Assembly: GCF_036321535.1 (NCBI RefSeq)
Contig: NC_087437.1
Location: 1,922,001-1,986,000 of the forward strand
DNA length: 64,000 nucleotides
Direction: 5' to 3'
Source of the DNA: Camelus dromedarius
Taxonomy: Eukaryota
The translations under genes and the position numbers were made by a program. The notes beneath the pieces are model-generated. The model was not told where the DNA came from and searched no databases. It worked only from the letters and a program-made list of their open reading frames with translations. Of this stretch, positions 12,141-25,200 are shown in pieces (positions within the stretch are counted from its first letter, which is position 1; every line of letters begins with the position of its first letter).

Positions 12141-12179
12141 GGGGGCGGGGCGGGGGCGGGGCGGGGGCGGGGCGGGGGC
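12141..12179 (+). promoter_or_regulatory. GC-box cluster (GGGGGCGGGGC)x3 + GGGGGC; Sp/KLF sites and G-quadruplex-capable tract, one per monomer A
   Basis: gggggcggggcgggggcggggcgggggcggggcgggggc: seven G-runs of 4-5 nt with 1-nt loops; tandem GGGCGG. Confidence 0.7.
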
Positions 12180-12268
12180 AGCTACAGAGAGGGCTGAAGC
12201 GGGATGCACGGGCTGCCCAGGCAAGCCTGCGGATTTCCATCCAGTGTCCCCCTCGGCCTGCAATGCGG

Positions 12269-12282
12269 GCGCCCTCTGCTGC
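12269..12282 (-). promoter_or_regulatory. Candidate CTCF core motif (every monomer A; weaker variant in monomer B)
   Basis: Minus strand reads GCAGCAGAGGGCGC, 13/14 match to CCASYAGRKGGCRS; also at 4924-4937, 8598-8611, 15966-15979 and onward. Monomer B reads GCAGCAGAGGGTGC (10410-10423). Confidence 0.6.
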
Positions 12283-12340
12283 TTCAGGGTGGCAATTGGC
12301 ATCCCTCCAGGTGGGTCGAGTACTGGGAGGCTTCCTCCTT

Positions 12341-13310
12341 TAGACAGACAGAGAGACAAATAAAGAGACAGACAGACACACTAGCCTCTTCATCCATTGA
12401 GAAACAGCCGTATATCCTAACCTCCTCCTCCTCATTCATTATATAGGTAGACAGATACATATATAGACAGACACACACACACACATACACACACTAGCCT
12501 CTTCCTACTCCTCAATTAAGTAGGGAGAGAGACACACTAATCTCCTCCTCCATTAGATAATAGATAGACAAACTTAATACATTTTTCTCCTCCTCCATTA
12601 GATAGATGGAAAGTGAGATTGACCGATACACCCAGTAGCCGCTACCTTCTCCTGTTAGAGATACCGAGAGATAGCCAGACACATGGGATTATTTCTTCTT
12701 CTCCATTTGATATAGATAGAGACACACTCACAGACACACAGACAGACAGACACACTACTCTTCTCCTGCTCTGACAGACAGAGAGATAGACACTCTAGCC
12801 TCCTCCTTCTTCTCGAATACATACAGCTGCATAGATAGATATCTCATATATAGACAGACAGACTTACTAGCTTACTCCTCGTCCATTCGATGCACACATA
12901 GACTGTTAGACAGACACAGTAGCCTCTTCCCCTCTTTGTTACACATACTTTGATAAAGAGACCCGCACGCACACACACACACACACACATACACACAGGC
13001 TAGCATCCTCCTCTTCCTCAAATAGGTAGATAGGGAGATAGAAACACTAAATTCCTCCTCCAACAGACACACAAATAAAAAGAAACACTTGCCTACTGCT
13101 GTGCCTGCACTACATAGGTCGATTTGTACACAGATTGATAGATACGCAGATAGATAGAGAGATAGATAGATAGAGAGGCAGGCAAATGGAGAGACATAAT
13201 ATTCGCCTCCTCCTCCAGTAGCTATATAGACAGACACACACATAGTCTAGCCTCTCGCATCCTCCAATAGATAGACAATCAGCCAGGCAGTCAAACAGTC
13301 TGACACACGT
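12341..13310 (+). repeat. Degenerate minisatellite/microsatellite half: alternating (CCT/CTT)n and (GATA/GACA/GA/CA)n tracts
   Basis: Recurring pattern acacactagcctcctcctccattagatagatagacagac with a period of ~40-55 bp, about 20 copies per monomer. Confidence 0.85.
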
Positions 13311-14841
13311 GAGGCGGTGTGCAGTCTGGGGTTGGGCTTCAGCGGCGGCGACCGGGGACAGGTGTGCCACTGGCGAGCCATAGGACTTTATCCCATGTCC
13401 CTAGCTGCCTTGCCTGGGGGCGGCCCCCGCTCCCCCAAATTCGACGGACTGAAGCTTTCAAGTTAGCCTGCTCGTGGCAGCAGGCGTTGTAAGGAAAGTG
13501 GAAGAGGTGAGCGGCAGCTCCGGAAGCGGCAGAGCATCTAAGGGGGATGCCTCGGCGAATCGGTCATTTTCCTCCCATTTCCCCCTCTCCTGGCATCGGG
13601 GCAGCCTCTGCTACCCCAGGAGTGCGGGATTTCGTTGTCCTTGTCAGCCAGGTCCTAGGAAGCTGTCGAGGTGTGCTCAGGGGACAGGGATGTCGCTTCT
13701 AGAGGACTGCCTCGGGTGAGCCGATCAGTTTGCTCCCATCTCCACAAGCGCCTGGCCTGGGGGCGGCCTCTCCTTCCCCAGGTTCCCAGTATGCATGTTT
13801 CCAGCTCAGCCTGTGCCCTTAGGCAGGCGCGGTGTTCTTAGGGGCTGCATTGAGGAGGCGGGGCTGCTCCACCGAGCCCGTGTATTTGCACAGATCTCCC
13901 CGTTGACCGGTCCTAGGGTTGGTCTCTGCTACCCTAGGTACACGATGTACACATCTCGGTGTTTTCCGGCTCCCGGGAGGCAAGTGCGGGGTGGTCAGGG
14001 GGCGGGGTGGGGGGTTGGAGTGGCGGTGGCGCCTACACAGAGGGAAGAAGAGGGATGCACGGGCTGTCCAGGGAAGCCTTTGGATTTCCATCCAGTGTCC
14101 CCCTCGGCGTGCAAGGAGGGCACCCTCTGCTGCTTCAGGGTGGGAATTGGCATCCCTCCAGCTGGGCCTAATAAAGGGAGGCTTCCTCCATTAGAGAGAG
14201 AGACAAAAAATAGACAGACAGACACACTAGCCTCTTCCTCCATTTAGAAACACCCATATGTCTTAACCTTCTCCTCCTAATCCATTATATAGGTAGACAG
14301 ATACATACATAGACAGACAGACAGACAGACACACACACACACACAAACCCAAGCCCACACACAACCTTCCCTCCTACCAGTCCTCAATTAAGTAGGTAGA
14401 GAGACACACTAATCGCCTTCTCCATTAGATAATAAACAGACAAACGGTATAGACTATTTCTACTCCTCATTTAGATAGATGGAATGTGAGACTGACGCAT
14501 TCACACACTAGCCTCTACCTTCTCCTGTTAGAGAGACAGACAGATAGCCAGACACATGAAATCCTCCATCTTCTCCATTAGATATACGTAGAGAAATCTC
14601 TAAGATGCACAGAGAGACAAACACTAGTCTTCTCCTCCTCTGACAGACCGAGGGATAGATAATCAAGCCTCCTCATTCTTTTCCATTAGGTATAGTTACA
14701 TACATACATATCTGATAACAGACAGCCAGACAGACATACTAGCCTACTCTTCCTCCTTCAGATACATACATAGACTGATAGACAGATACAGTAGGCTCCT
14801 CCCCCTTTAGATACAGATACATAGATAGACATCCCCACGAG

Positions 14842-14886
<45 letters not shown>

Positions 14887-15160
14887 GCCTTCTCCTCTTC
14901 CTCAAAGAGCTAGATAGTTATATAGACACACTAAAATTCTACTCCAACAGACAGAATTATAAATGACACACTATCTTACTGCTATGCCTCCCCACATAGA
15001 TAGATAGCTAGCCAGATCGATAGAGAGGCAGGCAAATAGAGAGTCATACTAGTCGCCTCCTCCTCCGTTGGAGAGACAGACAGACACACACATAGTCTAG
15101 CTTCAACCATCCTCCAATAGATAGTCATTCAGGCAAGCAGTCAAACAGACAGACACACTA
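13311..15160 (+). repeat. Monomer B (1850 bp), representative copy in unit 2
   Basis: Starts gaggcggtgtgcagtctgg (A: gaggcggggtgccgtctgg); shares blocks such as cccatgtccctagctgccttgcct and ggatttccatccagtgtccccctcggc with A; about 80% identity by eye. Confidence 0.93.
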
Positions 15161-18100
15161 GAGGCGGGGTGCCGTCTGGCTACGTGGTTCGGCGGCGGGG
15201 CCCGGGGAAGAGGGTGCCCCTGGTGAACCAGAGGATTTTCTCCCATGTCCCTAGCTGCCTTGCCTCTGGGCGGCCTCCGCTAACCCAAGTTCGCCGGACG
15301 CAAGCCTTTGAAGTCAGCCTGCTCCTGGGAGCCGGCGAGGTAAGGACAGGGGAAGTGGTCAGCGGCAGACACGGAGGCGGCCCAGAACGCAAGAGGGATG
15401 CCTCGGCGAGTCGGTCATTTTCCTACCATCCCCCCTCTCCTGGCCTCGGGGCGGCCTCTGCTACCGCAGGTGTGCGGCAATTAATTCTCCTTGTCAGCCA
15501 GGTCCTGGGAGTCTGTCCAGGTGAGCCCAAGGGACACGGACGTCGCGGGGAGCGGACTGCCTCGGGTTAGCCGATCAGTTTGCTCCCATCCCCACAAGCG
15601 CCTGGCCTGGGGGCGGCCTGTCCTGCGCCAGGTTCAGAGTATGCACGTTTCCAGCTCAGCCAGCCCACCCGAGGCCGGCGCGCTGTGATCAGGGTCTGCA
15701 ATGAGAAGTCGGGGCTGACTCACCGAGCCCGTGTATTTGTTCAGATCTCCCTCTTGGCTGGTCCTGGGCTAGGCCTCTACTACCCTAGGTCCACGAGGTG
15801 CTCATCTCTGTGTTTTTCAGCTCCGGGGAAGCGAGTGCGGGGTGGTCAGGAGGCGGGGCGGGGGCGGGGCGGGGGCAGCTACAGAGAGGGCTGAAGCGGG
15901 ATGCACGGGCTGCCCAGGCAAGCCTGCGGATTTCCATCCAGTGTCCCCCTCGGCCTGCAATGCGGGCGCCCTCTGCTGCTTCAGGGTGGCAATTGGCATC
16001 CCTCCAGGTGGGTCGAGTACTGGGAGGCTTCCTCCTTTAGACAGACAGAGAGACAAATAAAGAGACAGACAGACACACTAGCCTCTTCATCCATTGAGAA
16101 ACAGCCGTATATCCTAACCTCCTCCTCCTCATTCATTATATAGGTAGACAGATACATATATAGACAGACACACACACACACATACACACACTAGCCTCTT
16201 CCTACTCCTCAATTAAGTAGGGAGAGAGACACACTAATCTCCTCCTCCATTAGATAATAGATAGACAAACTTAATACATTTTTCTCCTCCTCCATTAGAT
16301 AGATGGAAAGTGAGATTGACCGATACACCCAGTAGCCGCTACCTTCTCCTGTTAGAGATACCGAGAGATAGCCAGACACATGGGATTATTTCTTCTTCTC
16401 CATTTGATATAGATAGAGACACACTCACAGACACACAGACAGACAGACACACTACTCTTCTCCTGCTCTGACAGACAGAGAGATAGACACTCTAGCCTCC
16501 TCCTTCTTCTCGAATACATACAGCTGCATAGATAGATATCTCATATATAGACAGACAGACTTACTAGCTTACTCCTCGTCCATTCGATGCACACATAGAC
16601 TGTTAGACAGACACAGTAGCCTCTTCCCCTCTTTGTTACACATACTTTGATAAAGAGACCCGCACGCACACACACACACACACACATACACACAGGCTAG
16701 CATCCTCCTCTTCCTCAAATAGGTAGATAGGGAGATAGAAACACTAAATTCCTCCTCCAACAGACACACAAATAAAAAGAAACACTTGCCTACTGCTGTG
16801 CCTGCACTACATAGGTCGATTTGTACACAGATTGATAGATACGCAGATAGATAGAGAGATAGATAGATAGAGAGGCAGGCAAATGGAGAGACATAATATT
16901 CGCCTCCTCCTCCAGTAGCTATATAGACAGACACACACATAGTCTAGCCTCTCGCATCCTCCAATAGATAGACAATCAGCCAGGCAGTCAAACAGTCTGA
17001 CACACGTGAGGCGGTGTGCAGTCTGGGGTTGGGCTTCAGCGGCGGCGACCGGGGACAGGTGTGCCACTGGCGAGCCATAGGACTTTATCCCATGTCCCTA
17101 GCTGCCTTGCCTGGGGGCGGCCCCCGCTCCCCCAAATTCGACGGACTGAAGCTTTCAAGTTAGCCTGCTCGTGGCAGCAGGCGTTGTAAGGAAAGTGGAA
17201 GAGGTGAGCGGCAGCTCCGGAAGCGGCAGAGCATCTAAGGGGGATGCCTCGGCGAATCGGTCATTTTCCTCCCATTTCCCCCTCTCCTGGCATCGGGGCA
17301 GCCTCTGCTACCCCAGGAGTGCGGGATTTCGTTGTCCTTGTCAGCCAGGTCCTAGGAAGCTGTCGAGGTGTGCTCAGGGGACAGGGATGTCGCTTCTAGA
17401 GGACTGCCTCGGGTGAGCCGATCAGTTTGCTCCCATCTCCACAAGCGCCTGGCCTGGGGGCGGCCTCTCCTTCCCCAGGTTCCCAGTATGCATGTTTCCA
17501 GCTCAGCCTGTGCCCTTAGGCAGGCGCGGTGTTCTTAGGGGCTGCATTGAGGAGGCGGGGCTGCTCCACCGAGCCCGTGTATTTGCACAGATCTCCCCGT
17601 TGACCGGTCCTAGGGTTGGTCTCTGCTACCCTAGGTACACGATGTACACATCTCGGTGTTTTCCGGCTCCCGGGAGGCAAGTGCGGGGTGGTCAGGGGGC
17701 GGGGTGGGGGGTTGGAGTGGCGGTGGCGCCTACACAGAGGGAAGAAGAGGGATGCACGGGCTGTCCAGGGAAGCCTTTGGATTTCCATCCAGTGTCCCCC
17801 TCGGCGTGCAAGGAGGGCACCCTCTGCTGCTTCAGGGTGGGAATTGGCATCCCTCCAGCTGGGCCTAATAAAGGGAGGCTTCCTCCATTAGAGAGAGAGA
17901 CAAAAAATAGACAGACAGACACACTAGCCTCTTCCTCCATTTAGAAACACCCATATGTCTTAACCTTCTCCTCCTAATCCATTATATAGGTAGACAGATA
18001 CATACATAGACAGACAGACAGACAGACACACACACACACACAAACCCAAGCCCACACACAACCTTCCCTCCTACCAGTCCTCAATTAAGTAGGTAGAGAG

Positions 18101-18538
18101 ACACACTAATCGCCTTCTCCATTAGATAATAAACAGACAAACGGTATAGACTATTTCTACTCCTCATTTAGATAGATGGAATGTGAGACTGACGCATTCA
18201 CACACTAGCCTCTACCTTCTCCTGTTAGAGAGACAGACAGATAGCCAGACACATGAAATCCTCCATCTTCTCCATTAGATATACGTAGAGAAATCTCTAA
18301 GATGCACAGAGAGACAAACACTAGTCTTCTCCTCCTCTGACAGACCGAGGGATAGATAATCAAGCCTCCTCATTCTTTTCCATTAGGTATAGTTACATAC
18401 ATACATATCTGATAACAGACAGCCAGACAGACATACTAGCCTACTCTTCCTCCTTCAGATACATACATAGACTGATAGACAGATACAGTAGGCTCCTCCC
18501 CCTTTAGATACAGATACATAGATAGACATCCCCACGAG

Positions 18539-18585
<47 letters not shown>

Positions 18586-21500
18586 GCCTTCTCCTCTTCC
18601 TCAAAGAGCTAGATAGTTATATAGACACACTAAAATTCTACTCCAACAGACAGAATTATAAATGACACACTATCTTACTGCTATGCCTCCCCACATAGAT
18701 AGATAGCTAGCCAGATCGATAGAGAGGCAGGCAAATAGAGAGTCATACTAGTCGCCTCCTCCTCCGTTGGAGAGACAGACAGACACACACATAGTCTAGC
18801 TTCAACCATCCTCCAATAGATAGTCATTCAGGCAAGCAGTCAAACAGACAGACACACTAGAGGCGGGGTGCCGTCTGGCTACGTGGTTCGGCGGCGGGGC
18901 CCGGGGAAGAGGGTGCCCCTGGTGAACCAGAGGATTTTCTCCCATGTCCCTAGCTGCCTTGCCTCTGGGCGGCCTCCGCTAACCCAAGTTCGCCGGACGC
19001 AAGCCTTTGAAGTCAGCCTGCTCCTGGGAGCCGGCGAGGTAAGGACAGGGGAAGTGGTCAGCGGCAGACACGGAGGCGGCCCAGAACGCAAGAGGGATGC
19101 CTCGGCGAGTCGGTCATTTTCCTACCATCCCCCCTCTCCTGGCCTCGGGGCGGCCTCTGCTACCGCAGGTGTGCGGCAATTAATTCTCCTTGTCAGCCAG
19201 GTCCTGGGAGTCTGTCCAGGTGAGCCCAAGGGACACGGACGTCGCGGGGAGCGGACTGCCTCGGGTTAGCCGATCAGTTTGCTCCCATCCCCACAAGCGC
19301 CTGGCCTGGGGGCGGCCTGTCCTGCGCCAGGTTCAGAGTATGCACGTTTCCAGCTCAGCCAGCCCACCCGAGGCCGGCGCGCTGTGATCAGGGTCTGCAA
19401 TGAGAAGTCGGGGCTGACTCACCGAGCCCGTGTATTTGTTCAGATCTCCCTCTTGGCTGGTCCTGGGCTAGGCCTCTACTACCCTAGGTCCACGAGGTGC
19501 TCATCTCTGTGTTTTTCAGCTCCGGGGAAGCGAGTGCGGGGTGGTCAGGGGGCGGGGCGGGGGCGGGGCGGGGGCGGGGCGGGGGCAGCTACAGAGAGGG
19601 CTGAAGCGGGATGCACGGGCTGCCCAGGCAAGCCTGCGGATTTCCATCCAGTGTCCCCCTCGGCCTGCAATGCGGGCGCCCTCTGCTGCTTCAGGGTGGC
19701 AATTGGCATCCCTCCAGGTGGGTCGAGTACTGGGAGGCTTCCTCCTTTAGACAGACAGAGAGACAAATAAAGAGACAGACAGACACACTAGCCTCTTCAT
19801 CCATTGAGAAACAGCCGTATATCCTAACCTCCTCCTCCTCATTCATTATATAGGTAGACAGATACATATATAGACAGACACACACACACACATACACACA
19901 CTAGCCTCTTCCTACTCCTCAATTAAGTAGGTAGAGAGACACACTAATCTCCTCCTCCATTAGATAATAGATAGACAAACTTAATACATTTTTCTCCTCC
20001 TCCATTAGATAGATGGAAAGTGAGATTGACCGATACACCCAGTAGCCGCTACCTTCTCCTGTTAGAGATACCGAGAGATAGCCAGACACATGGGATTATT
20101 TCTTCTTCTCCATTTGATATAGATAGAGACACACTCACAGACACACAGACAGACAGACACACTACTCTTCTCCTGCTCTGACAGACAGAGAGATAGACAC
20201 TCTAGCCTCCTCCTTCTTCTCGAATACATACAGCTGCATAGATAGATATCTCATATATAGACAGACAGACTTACTAGCTTACTCCTCGTCCATTCGATGC
20301 ACACATAGACTGTTAGACAGACACAGTAGCCTCTTCCCCTCTTTGTTACACATACTTTGATAAAGAGACCCGCACGCACACACACACACACACACATACA
20401 CACAGGCTAGCATCCTCCTCTTCCTCAAATAGGTAGATAGGGAGATAGAAACACTAAATTCCTCCTCCAACAGACACACAAATAAAAAGAAACACTTGCC
20501 TACTGCTGTGCCTGCACTACATAGGTCGATTTGTACACAGATTGATAGATACACAGATAGATAGAGAGATAGATAGATAGAGAGGCAGGCAAATGGAGAG
20601 ACATAATATTCGCCTCCTCCTCCAGTAGCTATATAGACAGACACACACATAGTCTAGCCTCTCGCATCCTCCAATAGATAGACAATCAGCCAGGCAGTCA
20701 AACAGTCTGACACACGTGAGGCGGTGTGCAGTCTGGGGTTGGGCTTCAGCGGCGGCGACCGGGGACAGGTGTGCCACTGGCGAGCCATAGGACTTTATCC
20801 CATGTCCCTAGCTGCCTTGCCTGGGGGCGGCCCCCGCTCCCCCAAATTCGACGGACTGAAGCTTTCAAGTTAGCCTGCTCGTGGCAGCAGGCGTTGTAAG
20901 GAAAGTGGAAGAGGTGAGCGGCAGCTCCGGAAGCGGCAGAGCATCTAAGGGGGATGCCTCGGCGAATCGGTCATTTTCCTCCCATTTCCCCCTCTCCTGG
21001 CATCGGGGCAGCCTCTGCTACCCCAGGAGTGCGGGATTTCGTTGTCCTTGTCAGCCAGGTCCTAGGAAGCTGTCGAGGTGTGCTCAGGGGACAGGGATGT
21101 CGCTTCTAGAGGACTGCCTCGGGTGAGCCGATCAGTTTGCTCCCATCTCCACAAGCGCCTGGCCTGGGGGCGGCCTCTCCTTCCCCAGGTTCCCAGTATG
21201 CATGTTTCCAGCTCAGCCTGTGCCCTTAGGCAGGCGCGGTGTTCTTAGGGGCTGCATTGAGGAGGCGGGGCTGCTCCACCGAGCCCGTGTATTTGCACAG
21301 ATCTCCCCGTTGACCGGTCCTAGGGTTGGTCTCTGCTACCCTAGGTACACGATGTACACATCTCGGTGTTTTCCGGCTCCCGGGAGGCAAATGCGGGGTG
21401 GTCAGGGGGCGGGGTGGGGGGTTGGAGTGGCGGTGGCGCCTACACAGAGGGAAGAAGAGGGATGCACGGGCTGTCCAGGGAAGCCTTTGGATTTACATCC

Positions 21501-22248
21501 AGTGTCCCCCTCGGCGTGCAAGGAGGGCACCCTCTGCTGCTTCAGGGTGGGAATTGGCATCCCTCCAGCTGGGCCTAATAAAGGGAGGCTTCCTCCATTA
21601 GAGAGAGAGACAAAAAATAGACAGACAGACACACTAGCCTCTTCCTCCATTTAGAAACACCCATATGTCTTAACCTTCTCCTCCTAATCCATTATATAGG
21701 TAGACAGATACATACATAGACAGACAGACAGACAGACACACACACACACACAAACCCAAGCCCACACACAACCTTCCCTCCTACCAGTCCTCAATTAAGT
21801 AGGTAGAGAGACACACTAATCGCCTTCTCCATTAGATAATAAACAAACAAACGGTATAGACTATTTCTACTCCTCATTTAGATAGATGGAATGTGAGACT
21901 GACGCATTCACACACTAGCCTCTACCTTCTCCTGTTAGAGAGACAGATAGATAGCCAGACACATGAAATCCTCCATCTTCTCCATTAGATATACGTAGAG
22001 AAATCTCTAAGATGCACAGAGAGACAAACACTAGTCTTCTCCTCCTCTGACAGACCGAGGGATAGATAATCAAGCCTCCTCATTCTTTTCCATTAGGTAT
22101 AGTTACATACATACATATCTGATAACAGACAGCCAGACAGACATACTAGCCTACTCTTCCTCCTTCAGATACATACATAGACTGATAGACAGATACAGTA
22201 GGCTCCTCCCCCTTTAGATACAGATACATAGATAGACATCCCCACGAG

Positions 22249-22289
<41 letters not shown>

Positions 22290-25200
22290 GCCTTCTCCTC
22301 TTCCTCAAAGAGCTAGATACTTATATAGACACACTAAAATTCTACTCCAACAGACAGAATTATAAATGACACACTATCTTACTGCTATGCCTCCCCACAT
22401 AGATAGATAGCTAGCCAGATCGATAGAGAGGCAGGCAAATAGAGAGTCATACTAGTCGCCTCCTCCTCCGTTGGAGAGACAGACAGACACACACATAGTC
22501 TAGCTTCAACCATCCTCCAATAGATAGTCATTCAGGCAAGCAGTCAAACAGACAGACACACTAGAGGCGGGGTGCCGTCTGGCTACGTGGTTCGGCGGCG
22601 GGGCCCGGGGAAGAGGGTGCCCCTGGTGAACCAGAGGATTTTCTCCCATGTCCCTAGCTGCCTTGCCTCTGGGCGGCCTCCGCTAACCCAAGTTCGCCGG
22701 ACGCAAGCCTTTGAAGTCAGCCTGCTCCTGGGAGCCGGCGAGGTAAGGACAGGGGAAGTGGTCAGCGGCAGACACGGAGGCGGCCCAGAACGCAAGAGGG
22801 ATGCCTCGGCGAGTCGGTCATTTTCCTACCATCCCCCCTCTCCTGGCCTCGGGGCGGCCTCTGCTACCGCAGGTGTGCGGCAATTAATTCTCCTTGTCAG
22901 CCAGGTCCTGGGAGTCTGTCCAGGTGAGCCCAAGGGACACGGACGTCGCGGGGAGCGGACTGCCTCGGGTTAGCCGATCAGTTTGCTCCCATCCCCACAA
23001 GCGCCTGGCCTGGGGGCGGCCTGTCCTGCGCCAGGTTCAGAGTATGCACGTTTCCAGCTCAGCCAGCCCACCCGAGGCCGGCGCGCTGTGATCAGGGTCT
23101 GCAATGAGAAGTCGGGGCTGACTCACCGAGCCCGTGTATTTGTTCAGATCTCCCTCTTGGCTGGTCCTGGGCTAGGCCTCTACTACCCTAGGTCCACGAG
23201 GTGCTCATCTCTGTGTTTTTCAGCTCCGGGGAAGCGAGTGCGGGGTGGTCAGGAGGAGGGGCGGGGGCGGGGCGGGGGCAGCTACAGAGAGGGCTGAAGC
23301 GGGATGCACGGGCTGCCCAGGCAAGCCTGCGGATTTCCATCCAGTGTCCCCCTCGGCCTGCAATGCGGGCGCCCTCTGCTGCTTCAGGGTGGCAATTGGC
23401 ATCCCTCCAGGTGGGTCGAGTACTGGGAGGCTTCCTCCTTTAGACAGACAGAGAGACAAATAAAGAGACAGACAGACACACTAGCCTCTTCATCCATTGA
23501 GAAACAGCCGTATATCCTAACCTCCTCCTCCTCATTCATTATATAGGTAGACAGATACATATATAGACAGACACACACACACACATACACACACTAGCCT
23601 CTTCCTACTCCTCAATTAAGTAGGGAGAGAGACACACTAATCTCCTCCTCCATTAGATAATAGATAGACAAACTTAATACATTTTTCTCCTCCTCCATTA
23701 GATAGATGGAAAGTGAGATTGACCGATACACCCAGTAGCCGCTACCTTCTCCTGTTAGAGATACCGAGAGATAGCCAGACACATGGGATTATTTCTTCTT
23801 CTCCATTTGATATAGATAGAGACACACTCACAGACACACAGACAGACAGACACACTACTCTTCTCCTGCTCTGACAGACAGAGAGATAGACACTCTAGCC
23901 TCCTCCTTCTTCTCGAATACATACAGCTGCATAGATAGATATCTCATATATAGACAGACAGACTTACTAGCTTACTCCTCGTCCATTCGATGCACACATA
24001 GACTGTTAGACAGACACAGTAGCCTCTTCCCCTCTTTGTTACACATACTTTGATAAAGAGACCCGCACGCACACACACACACACACACATACACACAGGC
24101 TAGCATCCTCCTCTTCCTCAAATAGGTAGATAGGGAGATAGAAACACTAAATTCCTCCTCCAACAGACACACAAATAAAAAGAAACACTTGCCTACTGCT
24201 GTGCCTGCACTACATAGGTCGATTTGTACACAGATTGATAGATACGCAGATAGATAGAGAGATAGATAGATAGAGAGGCAGGCAAATGGAGAGACATAAT
24301 ATTCGCCTCCTCCTCCAGTAGCTATATAGACAGACACACACATAGTCTAGCCTCTCGCATCCTCCAATAGATAGACAATCAGCCAGGCAGTCAAACAGTC
24401 TGACACACGTGAGGCGGTGTGCAGTCTGGGGTTGGGCTTCAGCGGCGGCGACCGGGGACAGGTGTGCCACTGGCGAGCCATAGGACTTTATCCCATGTCC
24501 CTAGCTGCCTTGCCTGGGGGCGGCCCCCGCTCCCCCAAATTCGACGGACTGAAGCTTTCAAGTTAGCCTGCTCGTGGCAGCAGGCGTTGTAAGGAAAGTG
24601 GAAGAGGTGAGCGGCAGCTCCGGAAGCGGCAGAGCATCTAAGGGGGATGCCTCGGCGAATCGGTCATTTTCCTCCCATTTCCCCCTCTCCTGGCATCGGG
24701 GCAGCCTCTGCTACCCCAGGAGTGCGGGATTTCGTTGTCCTTGTCAGCCAGGTCCTAGGAAGCTGTCGAGGTGTGCTCAGGGGACAGGGATGTCGCTTCT
24801 AGAGGACTGCCTCGGGTGAGCCGATCAGTTTGCTCCCATCTCCACAAGCGCCTGGCCTGGGGGCGGCCTCTCCTTCCCCAGGTTCCCAGTATGCATGTTT
24901 CCAGCTCAGCCTGTGCCCTTAGGCAGGCGCGGTGTTCTTAGGGGCTGCATTGAGGAGGCGGGGCTGCTCCACCGAGCCCGTGTATTTGCACAGATCTCCC
25001 CGTTGACCGGTCCTAGGGTTGGTCTCTGCTACCCTAGGTACACGATGTACACATCTCGGTGTTTTCCGGCTCCCGGGAGGCAAGTGCGGGGTGGTCAGGG
25101 GGCGGGGTGGGGGGTTGGAGTGGCGGTGGCGCCTACACAGAGGGAAGAAGAGGGATGCACGGGCTGTCCAGGGAAGCCTTTGGATTTCCATCCAGTGTCC

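Larger units (their letters stand above)
11453..12340. promoter_or_regulatory. CpG-island-like GC-rich half (recurs twice per unit)
   Basis: High GC and dense CpG over ~0.9 kb, against a CpG-poor AT-rich flank. Promoter function is not shown by sequence. Confidence 0.6.
11453..13310 (+). repeat. Monomer A (1858 bp), representative copy in unit 2
   Basis: GC-rich half 11453-~12340 followed by microsatellite-rich half ~12341-13310; colinear with monomer B. Confidence 0.93.

Noticed and set aside
12341..13310. CRISPR-like repeat-spacer appearance of the ~45 bp modules
   Set aside because: Modules are degenerate low-complexity sequence without unique spacers; mammalian context and no cas genes.
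11453..15160. 5S rDNA, U1/U2 snRNA, tRNA cluster or 45S rDNA repeat as the identity of the unit
   Set aside because: No 5S, snRNA, tRNA or rRNA sequence recognised on either strand; only the GC-rich plus microsatellite texture is similar. An Infernal/Rfam scan would settle it.
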